From Lama guanicoe (taxonomy: Eukaryota), in the NCBI GenBank assembly GCA_013239625.1, contig MU054187.1:7598358-7662357 (forward strand): a stretch of DNA of 64,000 nt, written 5' to 3'. The notes below the pieces were generated by a model. That model was not told the DNA's origin and ran no database searches. It was given only the letters and a program-made list of their open reading frames with translations. Shown piece after piece: positions 12,501 through 24,589 of this stretch. The position numbers and the translations under genes were made by a program. Numbering within the stretch: position 1 is the first letter of the stretch; each line of letters starts with the position of its first letter.

Positions 12501-13339
12501 CGGCTCGTGGACCACGATGCTACTATAAATGGCTGAAATGCGATGCAGCATCCCCTGCAACTTCCTCCAGCCCAGCCTAATGGAGATTAAGATCCATTAA
12601 GAGCTCTTTGCTGCATGTGCAGTTTCGATTGATCAGATTGACTCATTTCACTTTAGCCAATGATCCTATTACAAAAGCTGCCTCTTTCCAGTGCTTTACT
12701 GGCACAGGGAAGCCTGCAAGTGCTCTGTACTGTAACAGGCGGGGCAGAGAAGGACATCGGCTTGACTCGTGTTTTCCAGCCCCTGCTAAACATCGTTTGC
12801 AGTGTATGATTCGTACAAGTTTGGGGGAGTTATTATCATTCATGCTCTTACGTAAGATTGGTTTGGAGGTTAGAAGTCTATGTGATTCATTTTTAAAAAA
12901 ATCAACATTTGGTTTGTGAAACTCTGTTAGCCACAGTGGATGTAGAGAAAGCTCGGTATGCACAACACTGTGGCTTGGAAAGGAGGCTTCCCTGAATTGG
13001 AAACCTATGGGAAGCAGCTCGGGGAAAGGGATGTTTGCTCATAACGACAGACTGTATTAAATTACAGTTTATCGAAGGAGATGTTAAGCTCGTGGCAGAC
13101 TTCGTTTTAGTGGTCACAAGTAAGAGGTGGAATCATGAATTTTTACAAGATGTAAGAAGGGGGTCTTCTAGAGAGAGTTCATGGGAAAGGATAACAGTAG
13201 AATCACATGAAGGGGTGCAGCCACCCCAATGGAAGTCCTTTTTTGATTAATTATATGAATATATTCCATGGGATTAACGGCTTGCACGTGCAGATCTCTT
13301 CATGTTCCCCAAACACTTTGACATAGATGAGTAATAAAT

Positions 13340-13545
13340 TCAACTGCCGTTTATTGAGTTCCTATTACGTGCTATATCTTTAATATACGTTGTGACTTTT
13401 AATCCCTTCAAGAACCCTGGAAACTTTAAATTACTATCAGCCGCAATTTTTAGATGAGGAGATAAAGACACGGGGATGTCAAACATTGGCCCAAGGTCCT
13501 GACCTGGAAGTAGCACAGCCTGGTTTCAAACTCAAGTCTGACTGG
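13340..13545 (-). mobile_element. MIR SINE
   Basis: tttattgagttcctattacgtgc...ttttagatgaggagataaag...gcccaaggtc...tttcaaactcaagtctgact. Confidence 0.7.
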
Positions 13546-13576
13546 CCCCTCCCTAGGGAGGATGCTGTTTTGTTTT

Positions 13577-13681
13577 GCTTTTATTTTTTAATTACTATTT
13601 TTCAAATGGAAATACGAGAGACTGAACCCAGGACCTCATGCATGCTAAGCATGCGTTCTACCACTGAGCTACACTCACTCC
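13577..13681 (-). mobile_element. tRNA-Ala-derived SINE (Vic-1-like)
   Basis: gaacccaggacctcatgcatgctaagcatgcgttctaccactgagctac is the reverse complement of the SINE head; 12-bp TSD ctgttttgtttt at 13565-13576 and 13682-13693. Confidence 0.85.
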
Positions 13682-14315
13682 CTGTTTTGTTTTTAAATGA
13701 CTGCACACTTTCTTAACTGGCTGGATTCTTTCAACAGCCTTGCTCAGTGGATAAGGTATTACTGTTAACTCCAAAGCTCAGCAGAGATAAACAACCTCTG
13801 GGTACCACGTGTGAGTGATGGCAGAGCCAGGGTCAGCGCCCAAGCTGCCTGACATCCTGTGTCACCTCTCATGCAGTGTTGCAATCAACTTTTGGATAGA
13901 GTTCTGGAGTATTTATACATTTTGTTTGTTTTTTTTTTTTTGCTCTTCAATAACCAGGGGAGTGGATTTCTGGAAGTGAAATTTAAGATCCGTGACTACA
14001 GCTCCAGTTTTAATGCTACTACTTTTCTCTCTACTCTAGAACTCTTACTCTAGTCTTCGTAATGTGGGAGGCTGTGATGTTCATTGTGCTTCAAGAGTCA
14101 GGTGGACATAGAACATTGTATCAGGCCCAAGTTAAGGAAAAAGGATAAGGATGGATTGCCCCTTTAAGCAATTTATTCTTACTTATTTTGAGGCAGTAGG
14201 AATTTCTTGAATTTTTTTCATGGCCAAACAACTCCTGATGTAGAGTTGGGGTAAATAAAGTATTTATTAAATCTATTTGTCAAAATCACACATCACACAT
14301 TGTGTTTGGGAATCA

Positions 14316-14336
14316 GTGTGTGTGTGTGTGTGTGTG
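14316..14336. repeat. (GT)n microsatellite
   Basis: Read directly. Confidence 0.9.
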
Positions 14337-15200
14337 AATTTCATTGGACTGCTTTCGGAGGCCAATGAATTGCTTTTCATTAGAAAAGCAATTATTTCAT
14401 TTATGAAGCTTGATAAACATGTTATGTTTCATACAAATGTGTCTTCATTTAGAAGTGAATTAAAGCTACAATGGGTGCTTATTGTTAGAAACGACAAATA
14501 GCATTTGATTTTTAATCAAAATTTTCTGAGACAAATGAAAAAATGCAATTTGGAATGTTTTCAAGCAGGAAATAATGTAGCAATCAAGTCCCAGGAATAT
14601 CCTCAGTGTAAAATATTCAAAGTTTGAGAAGCCCAAATCCCAGCTTCTCGTAACTTAATCCTTCGTGATACCACCTACACCACGTCACCGACGTGCATGG
14701 AAAATGATTTAAAAGCATGAAGAGAATATAAACTCTGCTTTGCATGTTGAAAAGTTCAGATGTTTCCTGGCAGCCGTGCTTCTCCTAGGATAACGAAGAG
14801 GAACGTTAGTGGCTTGGATTGGAAAAACAAGCCGAGAGCCGCAAAACATTTGCTTAAAAACAGTGCTTGATTGATCTGGACTTTGCTAAGTTTAATGGAG
14901 TTTTTGAAAAAAGTGCTTTTTATACCTATTGACTATAAACAGTACATACTTTGCTAACTTCCTCCTGTCTGCGTAATATTTCAAATAGCCCTGCAGAATA
15001 TGTACTTTTTAAGACAGCATATTTGGACTTCAGAGACCTGCTCCAAATGATCATGTCTCTTTTTCTTTGCAAGTGACATTGAGATAATAAGGCTGTTTCC
15101 TCATCTGGTATATGCTGAGGGGAAGCACAATTCAGAACCAAGAAATAAACTTCGGTGACATGGGCTGTGTACACATGTGTGTGTACGTGGTGTGATAAAA

Positions 15201-15431
15201 GGGGTAAACTGGGAGTTTGGGTTGACGGGGTTGACGATATTGACGGATACAATCCACCATGTACAGACCAGGTAAACAACAAGGTCCTACGGTGTAGCAC
15301 AGGGAACCATATTCAATATCTTGTGATAACCTGTAAAGAAAAAGACATGTGTATATATGTATGACTGAATCACTGTACTGTATACCAGAAACTAATGCAA
15401 CATTGTAAGTCAACTATACTTCAATTAAAAA
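15201..15431 (+). mobile_element. L1 3' UTR fragment
   Basis: aacaacaaggtcctac..tagcacagggaaccatattcaatatcttg...caactatacttcaattaaaaa. Confidence 0.85.
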
Positions 15432-15759
15432 TGGTGGGAAAAAAGACCAAAACTTGAGGGGTGCAACTCAAAAGAAACCCATTTTTCATCCTCACTGTCT
15501 GATCAAACCTGCTCTGAGAGCTGGTCCCTTTCCTGCCCCTGGATGAAATTCTATGTAGGTCTGTAAGTTTTTCTAGATTTTTAAAAATAACAACACGTCT
15601 CCTTGTACTTCTAATTATAAAAGAAGTCTTATTTTAGTAGCAAAATCACCTCATCTATTGTAATCATGACAATTCAGAACTTTATTGGAGATTAAAGCTG
15701 TTTCCTCCTCCCGTTTGACGTGTTGCGAATGGGAAGCTGTTGGGAGGAAGTGGGAGTCG

Positions 15760-15960
15760 GGCTGGGGTCTTCTCATTCTCTGTCCGGCTCCTCTTCTGAC
15801 TCTCCATTCGCTTGATGAGAGATCTTGGGCAATTTATTTAATTTTGATGAAGCCCAGCTTCTTCATTTATAAGAAAGGGATGATAATGATACATCCCTGA
15901 AGGTGTTATTGAAACATTAAATAAGGTCATGTACAAATTAGGTAACACACGGGAAGAATG
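15760..15960 (+). mobile_element. MIR SINE
   Basis: atcttgggcaatttatttaa...cttcttcatttataagaaagggatgataat. Confidence 0.6.
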
Positions 15961-17670
15961 GTTGAGATCACTTCCTTTGGGTCCACAGAGCTTGTAGGGT
16001 CCTGCCTGATCTGATTCCTGGTGGAGTCCAACCTTCCCCTCCGAACCCCCAGTTCCCAATATGTGCGCTGCACACAGCAGTTACATTTAATAACGTGTGT
16101 GCGTGGGCTCTGTGTTATTCTCTGGGGATACAGAGATGAAGAGACATGGCTCCTGGCTTGGAGGCACTCACACTTTATTAGGGAGCAAGAAACATAAACA
16201 AATTAGCAACCCTGGCTGTTAAGCAGTAAACCTGTGGTTACACTGTTAGGAAAAGGAAAAGGAGACAGCGATTGATTTTGCTTGGGTAGAAGGTGGGTGG
16301 GAATAAGCAGAGTCCATCTGGACAGCTCACTGTTTGTCCCAAGGCCATTCACACAATTCCAAAAGTCTCTGCCAAGTGAGATTCATTCTACAGAAAAGGG
16401 TGCAGGGAGATTGCAGAGAACCAGCGCCACAGCCAAGCCGGGCGCCCCGGGCAGAGATGCTCCTTTTTTGCTTCAGCAAATACCTTTCTCTTAGTGTCCC
16501 AGGTAGAGGCTTCAGACAGCAGGTGGAGGATATTCCCCGCATCCCGGCTGTGTAATCCCAATTTTATTTTATTGAATAACCAGTACTGTAGATTATGTCA
16601 AGCCGTTCTGAGGACTAGATCACCATGACCCAACTGAGGGTTCTATTCATGTAAGATTTTCTTGTCGCCAAGTCGCTGCGTCCCAGCACTACGGCAAAGC
16701 TGTGAGTGTTCTCAGACAGAAGCAAGGTTTCTCTTTCTCCGGTAGGCGGTGTTGGGGTTCACGGCTACACTGCTTACAACAATGGCCCATCTTTCCTGCC
16801 TTAATATTTAGCTCACTTTGTACCCTTCCCCCTGGAGTCCCCTTTCCACTTTCTCTCTCTTGAAGATTCAGTTAGAATAATATTTGTGTACATACGCCCT
16901 TTCTCTCCAGTCTATTATAGGCAAGAGGCAATGGCTGTGTCTTGTGATCTTTGTGTCCCTAACATCCCCCACGCTCATTAGAGACTTGGCATACATTTGC
17001 AGAATTAATAGTCTGGAGCTTGGGTGCGAGAGCTCTAAGAGAGATTTAAGACCCTGGTGAGACCCAGGCAGGAGGCTTTCAAAGTTCTCTAGACTTGGCC
17101 TGATAAAGGCTTGGACCAGAACAGTTGCAATGAGAAGGAAGAAATAATTTGTGTTACTATGAATTCATGACAATTTCATATATTTGGTCATAAGACCAAC
17201 CTGAATTTTAATTCTGATTTGATTCCTGAACAGAGGAAGGAAAATGTGTTTGTCCACAAAGGGAGGCTACCAATTCCCCAATTAATCAGACCCAATGCTA
17301 TTACTCAAGAAGCAGACACAAATCAGATTTGGGGTTGGATTTCCAGGCAATCTAGGGGGAATTTAAGAAAATTATTTTGGATTAGTTAGGAAACACATAA
17401 TTGAACAAGCCTATCTTTGTAGTCAATCCCAAAGGGAATATAATGTAATATTTTAATCTCAGTTTAAAAGGAAAAATGACAACATCACCACAAGATCCCA
17501 GTCTTTAAAAAAAAAAAAGTGTGTTCTTCTGACCTGGGAGAGCTGACACAAATAATTCCTGCCATTGGTGTATGGTGTGATGTTGCAACTAAGCATCACG
17601 CTAACCATCATACTAACTAAGTTTCAACTAAACTCAGCTAACGTTCCAAACTAAAAAAAATCTTTGGTCC

Positions 17671-18231
17671 TTTTTTTAAATTGAAGTATAGTTGACTTAC
17701 AGTGTTGTGTTAATTTCTGGTGTACAGCATAGTGATTCATTTATACACATATATATATTCCTTTTCATATTCATTTTAATTATAGGTCATTACAAGGTAT
17801 TGAGTACAGTTCCCTATGCTATATAGTAGGACTCTGTTTTTTTTTAATCTGTTTTATATATATAGCAGTTATTAGCTACAAATCCCAAACTCCCAATTTA
17901 TCCCTCCCCGCCTTCCCCCCGGTAACCAGAAGTTTGTTTTCTATGTTTGTGCGTCTGTCTCTGTTTTGTGAATAAGTTCATTAGTGTCCTTTTTATTTTC
18001 CTGCTTCTATATGTAAGTGATATCATATGGTATTTTTTTTCTCTTTCTGGCTTATGTAACTTAGTATGATAATCTCCAGTTCCATCCATTTTGCTGCAAA
18101 TGGCATTGTTTCATTATTTTTTATGACCCAGTAGTATTCCATTGTATACATATATACCACAGATTCTTTATTCAGTCATCTGTTGATGGACCTCTAGGTT
18201 GTTTCCATGTCTCGGCGATTGTAAACAGTGC
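17671..18231 (-). mobile_element. L1 3' end (end of ORF2 plus 3' UTR)
   Basis: Poly-T, ttgaagtatagttgacttacagtgttgtg...; gtagtattccattgta...tgttgatggac (ORF2 C-terminal region). Confidence 0.9.
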
Positions 18232-19224
18232 CAAATGTTTACTCTGTTGCTAAACCATACTGTCTTTTTTAGTGTTCATTAAAATCCTGATGGTCACAGT
18301 GCAGTGAACACACTAAAATAATCCTAATTTGGTAAGAGAGTCCTGAAGCTTCTAAACAATTAAGTGGCAACACAGAAATGAGAGATTTGAGGTTCATCTC
18401 TCGTTCCTATAGATTGTCACATGAAGAGATGGAGTACAAAGAAAACAAAAATGGTTTGTTATGGAGCTGTACAAATGCACCAAGTAAAACGTGGTACGTA
18501 TTGAAATCATCTCAGTGAAGTCTCTAGAAAAAGGAACTGTTTTTTGTTTGTTTTGTCTCGTTTTGTACTCTGCAGTTTCAGTCTTAAATGGCAAAAGAGG
18601 CAAAATATCATACAAACAAGTTGATAAAAAGGGTTTATTTTCAAAAGAAAGTTTAGTGTACATTTCTGGGATCAAAACAAAATCAACCCAAATTCTTATT
18701 TATTCTGTTGCACAATAAAAGCCAATATTCAAGTTGACAATATTCAGCCACTGTAAGATTTTCAAACACAAAAGATTTCATTATATTTATAGCATAATTT
18801 CCTTAAAGACATGGAAAAAATAAATTCAAATTCAAATCAGGAAGATCTCAATAAAGGTTGAAATGAACAATTCTTCCTGGTTAGTAATTGTTAACAAAGC
18901 CTTCCAGTTATTGTGACATTTTACACTGTGAACATTTTAGTTAATAAAAGCTTTTTTTATTTCTAAGTACCACTAAGTACCAAATCATGCACATGACTAT
19001 ATATAGAACATATACATGAGTATATACAAAACATGTATAAATACTATGTATAACATTTATCAAACAGATTGGCTTGGAAACCCTGAATTTTGGCAGACTT
19101 GAGATGTTATGTATCTAACACCCCTGAGAAGAGCCACATAATGGTGTTTGCAAAAAATATTTGACCTTTATAGATGGTTGTACCAATGGCACTAGTTAAA
19201 ACAGCAATAGTTAACTGATTTGGA

Positions 19225-19305
19225 AAAGTTTTATTGCCTTCTCTGTGCGAGGCACTGTTCCAGATGTCTGAGACACAGCGGTGAACAAAACAAGGAACTT
19301 GCTAT
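19225..19305 (-). mobile_element. L2 3' end
   Basis: ttattg...ctgtgcgaggcactgttccagatgtctgagacacagcggtgaacaaaaca. Confidence 0.65.
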
Positions 19306-20920
19306 CCAGTGGTTAAGCATTTGGTTGTTTGATAACTTTAGCGTAAATACTGCTACCTCAGAGGAAGTCCAATAAGAATAATGTGCCATCTCCCAAGCTG
19401 TACTTTGTTTCACATTTACAGCTGGAACTTTGTCTTGCAGAGCAACGTGCATAGAAGTGTGAAGCATGGGGCTGTGGGTAAATTATCACATCCAGAGGGC
19501 TGCAGGCAAAAAACACTTCCTAATGTGCCTTTAAAAAAGCAACAGTAACAATTGCAAATAGATGCCAACAGGCAAAAAATACCTCTGACCATGATCATCC
19601 ATTAACAATATAGTGTAATTGTGAATGGATAGGGCTTTGCCGTTCACGAAGGGCTCTCAGATACATTTCTTGTTCTGTGAAGCAGCCAGGAAAGCTGTTA
19701 TCTCTATTTTACAAATCTGGGCACTGAGGTTTCAGTGGGTTTTCAAAGGTCACACAGTAAGTAAGTTGTACAACTAAGACTAGGACTCAAGTCGTAGGGC
19801 AGTTAATCTACCTTGATCCCCTGAGCACCTTGATATTGCTCCTTCCATAAGCTTTGCTGGTTTAGCATCGGACTGTGATTCCCGGAGATTTTACTCTCTA
19901 AAATTATTATGGTTAAAGTGGCATGTGCTGATTTGATAGATATTCTCATGTCCTGATGCTGAGAATTCTAGAATCAGGCTCCTGAGCAGTAAGATAAAGA
20001 CTATACTAAATTACTGGAAATTCTGGCATTCGAATTTGAGCTAATGCTCAGGTTCTGACCTATTTTATTCATTAACAATACAGGTGTCAGATTTCATGAG
20101 AGAAGGATGATAAGTTGTGGAAAACTACCATCCTGGTCAAATTCCACAGCGAGCATTCCTATAATGGTAATTTTCAGATTGACAAAGTCAATTCCTTAGA
20201 AAATGAAATCAAGACCTGGACAGTACTTTCTTTGGATCTCAGACATTTGGATAGGTAATTCCATTCACCCACGGTGGGCCCTATGTTGGAGAGTATGTGT
20301 GGGGCGATGCAACATAAAATTTTACCTGAAAGTTTTGCAGAAAGTATTAGTCCTCAGCTATTGACGGTGGTCAGTCAACAGCATCAGCTTCAGAGAACAT
20401 GTGACACCTGAATACACACGCACACACAGCCTTTGAATTTTTAAAAATCTTTTTACTTTTAATAAAGTATTATCTTTTATATATACTTATAAATATAAAA
20501 ACATCATTAACATTTATATTTAAGTGGACTTTCTGTAGATTGTGGTGAAGTCTAGCTTATTTATTGAGTCCAAAAATCTTTGCTTTTTGATTGGTGAGTG
20601 TAGATCATTTATATTAATGTGTTATTTTCCCGGTTAAACTTTAGTGACTTGATAATTGTTTTTTATTTTTCCATCTGTTTGTCATGTTCCTTTTCCTTTT
20701 TTTATGCTTTCTTTTTAATTGATTTTATTTAATGAATTTATTTTACATCTTTTATTGGAGAGAGAGATATATATATATAATTGTTTGATTTTCTTAGTAG
20801 ATTCTTTGGGGTTCACAGTATAGCAAGGCTTTTGAATTTTGAAGAACACTCCATGGAAACAATATAGAGTAAATTTTCTCAACAATGATTTTTCTCATTC
20901 CAATATGATCATTTGGAATC

Positions 20921-21490
20921 ATATGTGTGTGTGTGTGAGTGTGTGTGTGACTGTGTGTGTATGTGTGTATGTGTGTATTTGTGAATTTAACCTGTATTTA
21001 AAGGAATTTATATGCAATACATGTGCAGGTTGGTTATGTGTGAAGTTCTTCTATCCTATCCCATGATTTTATAGGATAATTTTTTTAAGTCCTCAGGAAA
21101 TAAGACTGAACTATCTGTGAAGTTTCTCCTTTTAAGGTGAGGAGATCCATTTAAATGGCCAATAGTCAGTCTAGTTGCTAGTCTAAAATCAGACTAGCAT
21201 GCTCAATGTGTGTGAGTGTGTGTGTGAGTGTGTGTCTGTGTGTGTATGTGTGTATGTGTGTATTTGTGAATTTAACCTGTATTTAAAGGAATTTATATGC
21301 AATACATGTGCAGGTTGGTTATGTGTGAAGTTCTTCTATCCTATCCCATGATTTTATAGGATAATTTTTTTAAGTCCTCAGGAAATAAGACTGAACTATC
21401 TGTGAAGTTTCTCCTTTTAAGGTGAGGAGATCCATTTAAATGGCCAATAGTCAGTCTAGTTGCTAGTCTAAAATCAGACTAGCATGCTCA
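20921..21490. repeat. 285-bp tandem duplication (two copies)
   Basis: gtgaatttaacc at 20981 and 21266; catgctca ends at 21205 and 21490; the unique parts look identical by eye while the leading TG microsatellites differ. Confidence 0.95.
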
Positions 21491-21559
21491 GGGGTCATTG
21501 CTTTTGGAGAAGCACTTAATATGCCATTCTTGCTTTTACAACTATTTTCAAAATGATTT

Positions 21560-21735
21560 CACCATTTTTAACTTGTTTGGTTTTCACAAAAATCCTGTGT
21601 GTGTGTTAGTGGGGGGTCCTATAATTCTCATTCCTCTTATGAGAGGAGACAAATTCAGAAAAGATAAATACCAGTCACAAGGTTAAAACTGGCTGAAATT
21701 CAGGTCTTTGTATTGCAAATTCAGCTCTTACCACC
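21560..21735 (-). mobile_element. MIR SINE
   Basis: attctcattcctcttatgagaggagacaaatt...gtcacaagg...gaaattcaggtcttt. Confidence 0.5.
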
Positions 21736-23068
21736 CTAGACTTTTTTTCTTTAGATAGAGAAATCTCCCCTTCCCCTAAATTAGGTGTTATCACTTGGAG
21801 CTGGTGTAGTGATTTAAATTGCCACTGGGACAGCCAATAACTGCAAAGCAGGAAGTGTGACAATGGGACACCTCTGACCTCAACATTAATTATGCATCCA
21901 ATAGGAACAAGTGGGTCAACGTGAGAGCCAAGAGTATTTAAATGTGAGGCACCACTCACTAGAATAGCTGACTTTGGGTCCTGGTAGAGACATCCTCACT
22001 TAGAAACTATTTTCATGGGAATTTGGTTCTCAGTTTGACCCCTCCTCCTGGAAGATGGAAGTCTGTGTGGTTTCCTGGAGGCTGACTTAGGATATTGTGG
22101 GTTCCATGACTCTTACTTAATTCTGATGGAAGAAGCTCAGTGGTCCCAAGGACTCAGGTGCTGTCTAGCAATAAAAATATCAGGGATGTTTACCCACAGT
22201 CCCTAGGCAATGGCACTGGGGTAGCTTCCATTCAAGCGAATTCATCTGGTGCACAGTTCGGTGAGCAGCCTTAGTTGTAATTCAAAATGCTTTCCTGTGT
22301 GAGTGTAAATCAGGGCAAAGAGACTTCAAGTTGGGCTGCACAAGCAAATGTTTATCAAATGTACTGAATTATATTAGCCTTAACTTTTTTCCTTGCTGTG
22401 ATATTTGTCAAGACAGACCCAAAGAAGATATTAAGAGAAAGCAAAAACCAATGATTTGGGAAAGTTTGTTTCAGTCTAGAAGGTCCTTCTCAATACATAT
22501 AGGAGAAACAAACATTTGGAGCCAGAGATGAAGGTCAAGATAAAGGGGGAAACTGATTTTCTGCCACCTGTCATGAAACATATGCTTAGTCTTTCACACT
22601 AAATTTAAGGAGAGACGTTTTATATATTTTTCAGCTTGTCAAGATATGCTAAGCACATTAAACAACCCCAGTCCTCCTGCTCAAAATGTATGAATTTTCT
22701 ATTCCATTTTTAGTGTATCTGCACAGAGCTGACATATCTGTTTGAACTAAAAAATTGTTTCTTACCATTTTTTTTAATTCGTGTATTTTATTCTAAGCCA
22801 ACATGTAAATTTTATACTGTAAGTGTATTGGGTCCCTACCACGTGTGATGCCTACTACAAATGGGGAAAAAAAAGGTCAATAGATTTAATTATGTTTATC
22901 TGAATATTTGATAAAATGAAACAACATAAAAAACCTTTGAGATTATCTTTTAAGAATTTTCCAAACTGGTTGGAACTGAACCCCATTAATATTTTCCCTA
23001 AAATGAGAGTTATGCAATGTATACAATTTTGCCATTTTGAAATGTATATTTCAATATCTGATATTTTA

Positions 23069-23911
23069 ATTTTTTTAAATAAAAGTATAGTCAGTTTACA
23101 ATGTGTCAGTTACTGATGTGCAGCATAATGTTTCAGTCATATGTATACATACATATATTCCTTTTCATAATCTTTTTCATTAGAGGTTACTACAAGATAT
23201 TGAATACAGTCCCCTGTGCTGTACAGTGTAAACTTGTTTTTCTATTTTATATATAGTAGTTAGTATCTGCAAATCTCGAACTCCCAATTTATCCCTTCCT
23301 ACCCTCTTTCCCCCAGTAACCATAAGTTTGTTTTCTATGTCTGTGAGTCTGTCTCTGTTTTGCAAATAGGTTCATTTGTGTCATTTTTTTTAAGAGTCCA
23401 CATATAAGTGATATTATATGGCATTTTTCTTTCTCTTTCTGGCTTACTTTACTTAGAATGATGATCTCCAGGTCCGTCCATGTTGGAGCAAATGGCATTA
23501 TTTCATTCTTTTTTATGGCTGAGTAGTATTCTATTGTATAAATACACCATAGCTTCTTTAATTCAGACATCTGTCAATGGACATTTAAATTGTTTCCTGT
23601 CTAAGCTACTGTCAGTAGTGCTGCTATGAACACTGGGGTGCATGTATCTTTTTGAGTTAGAGTTCCCTCCAGATACACGCCCAGGAGTGGGATTTCTGGA
23701 TCATATGGTTAAGTCTGTTTTTAGTTTTTAAAGGACTTTTCATACTGTTTTCCATACTGGCTGCACCAAATTACCTTCCCACCAACAGTGTAGGAGGGTT
23801 TCTTTTTCCCACACCCTCTCTAACATTTATCATCTGTGGACTTCTGAATGATGGCCATTCTGACTAAAGTAAGATGATACCTCATTATAGTTTTGATTTT
23901 CATTTCTCTGA
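23069..23911 (-). mobile_element. 5'-truncated L1 (ORF2 C-terminus plus 3' UTR) with perfect TSD
   Basis: ORF 23289-23570 (-) reads KKLWCIYTIEYYSAIKKNEIMPFAPTWTDLEIIILS, the L1 ORF2 end; 17-bp TSD caatatctgatatttta at 23052-23068 and 23912-23928. Confidence 0.95.
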
Positions 23912-24160
23912 CAATATCTGATATTTTAGGACAGTACTACCAATAGGTTAATTCTGGAATCCTGATACATTTAATCATGCAGCAGATTCTATCAACTTTT
24001 CTCTCAGCAATGACTTTTTAATTTGTTCCCTAACTTCTTACTGCCATGGTTCAAGCTTTTCTTTCCCTTCTTTGGACTGTTTCTAATAGCTTTCTTCTCT
24101 GTGGCGTCTGCACCTCTAAGATTACTTCACTCTAGTCCCCTCCACATTGCTGCCAGGATT

Positions 24161-24258
24161 TTCCTTTGTTTTCTCTCCTTAATGGAGACACTGGTGTTTG
24201 AACCCATGGCCATGTGCATTTCAAGCACGTGCTCTACCACTGAGTTATACCTGCACCT
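24161..24258 (-). mobile_element. tRNA-derived SINE (Vic-1-like, diverged)
   Basis: aatggagacactgg..ttgaacccatggcc...aagcacgtgctctaccactgagttatacc; flanked on both sides by ccaggatt. Confidence 0.75.
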
Positions 24259-24399
24259 CCCAGGATTATCTCTTTAAGAGACAAGTATGGTCACCCACGT
24301 TACATCTCAGTCAAAACTTCCATTGGATCCTTCTTGTCTTCAGAATAAGTCCGAGAATAATAAAAATCATAACAGGAGCTAAATGTTTGCATCATCCTG

Positions 24400-24570
24400 T
24401 AACAAATTTGTAAGGTGGTTATCTGTCACCCTAGTGGGTATATAGAAGTATTTTATTTTGTATTAATTTGTATTTTCTTGATGACCTGTGATGTTGGTAA
24501 TCTTTTCATGTGCTTATTTGTCATTCATATATCTTTCCTGGTGAAATATTTATTGAAATCTGCTGACCAT
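24400..24570 (-). mobile_element. Old L1 (L1M) ORF2 fragment
   Basis: taatttgtattttcttgatgac...atcttttcatgtgcttatttgtcattcatatatcttt. Confidence 0.7.
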
Positions 24571-24589
24571 TTAAAAAAATCCTGATGGC

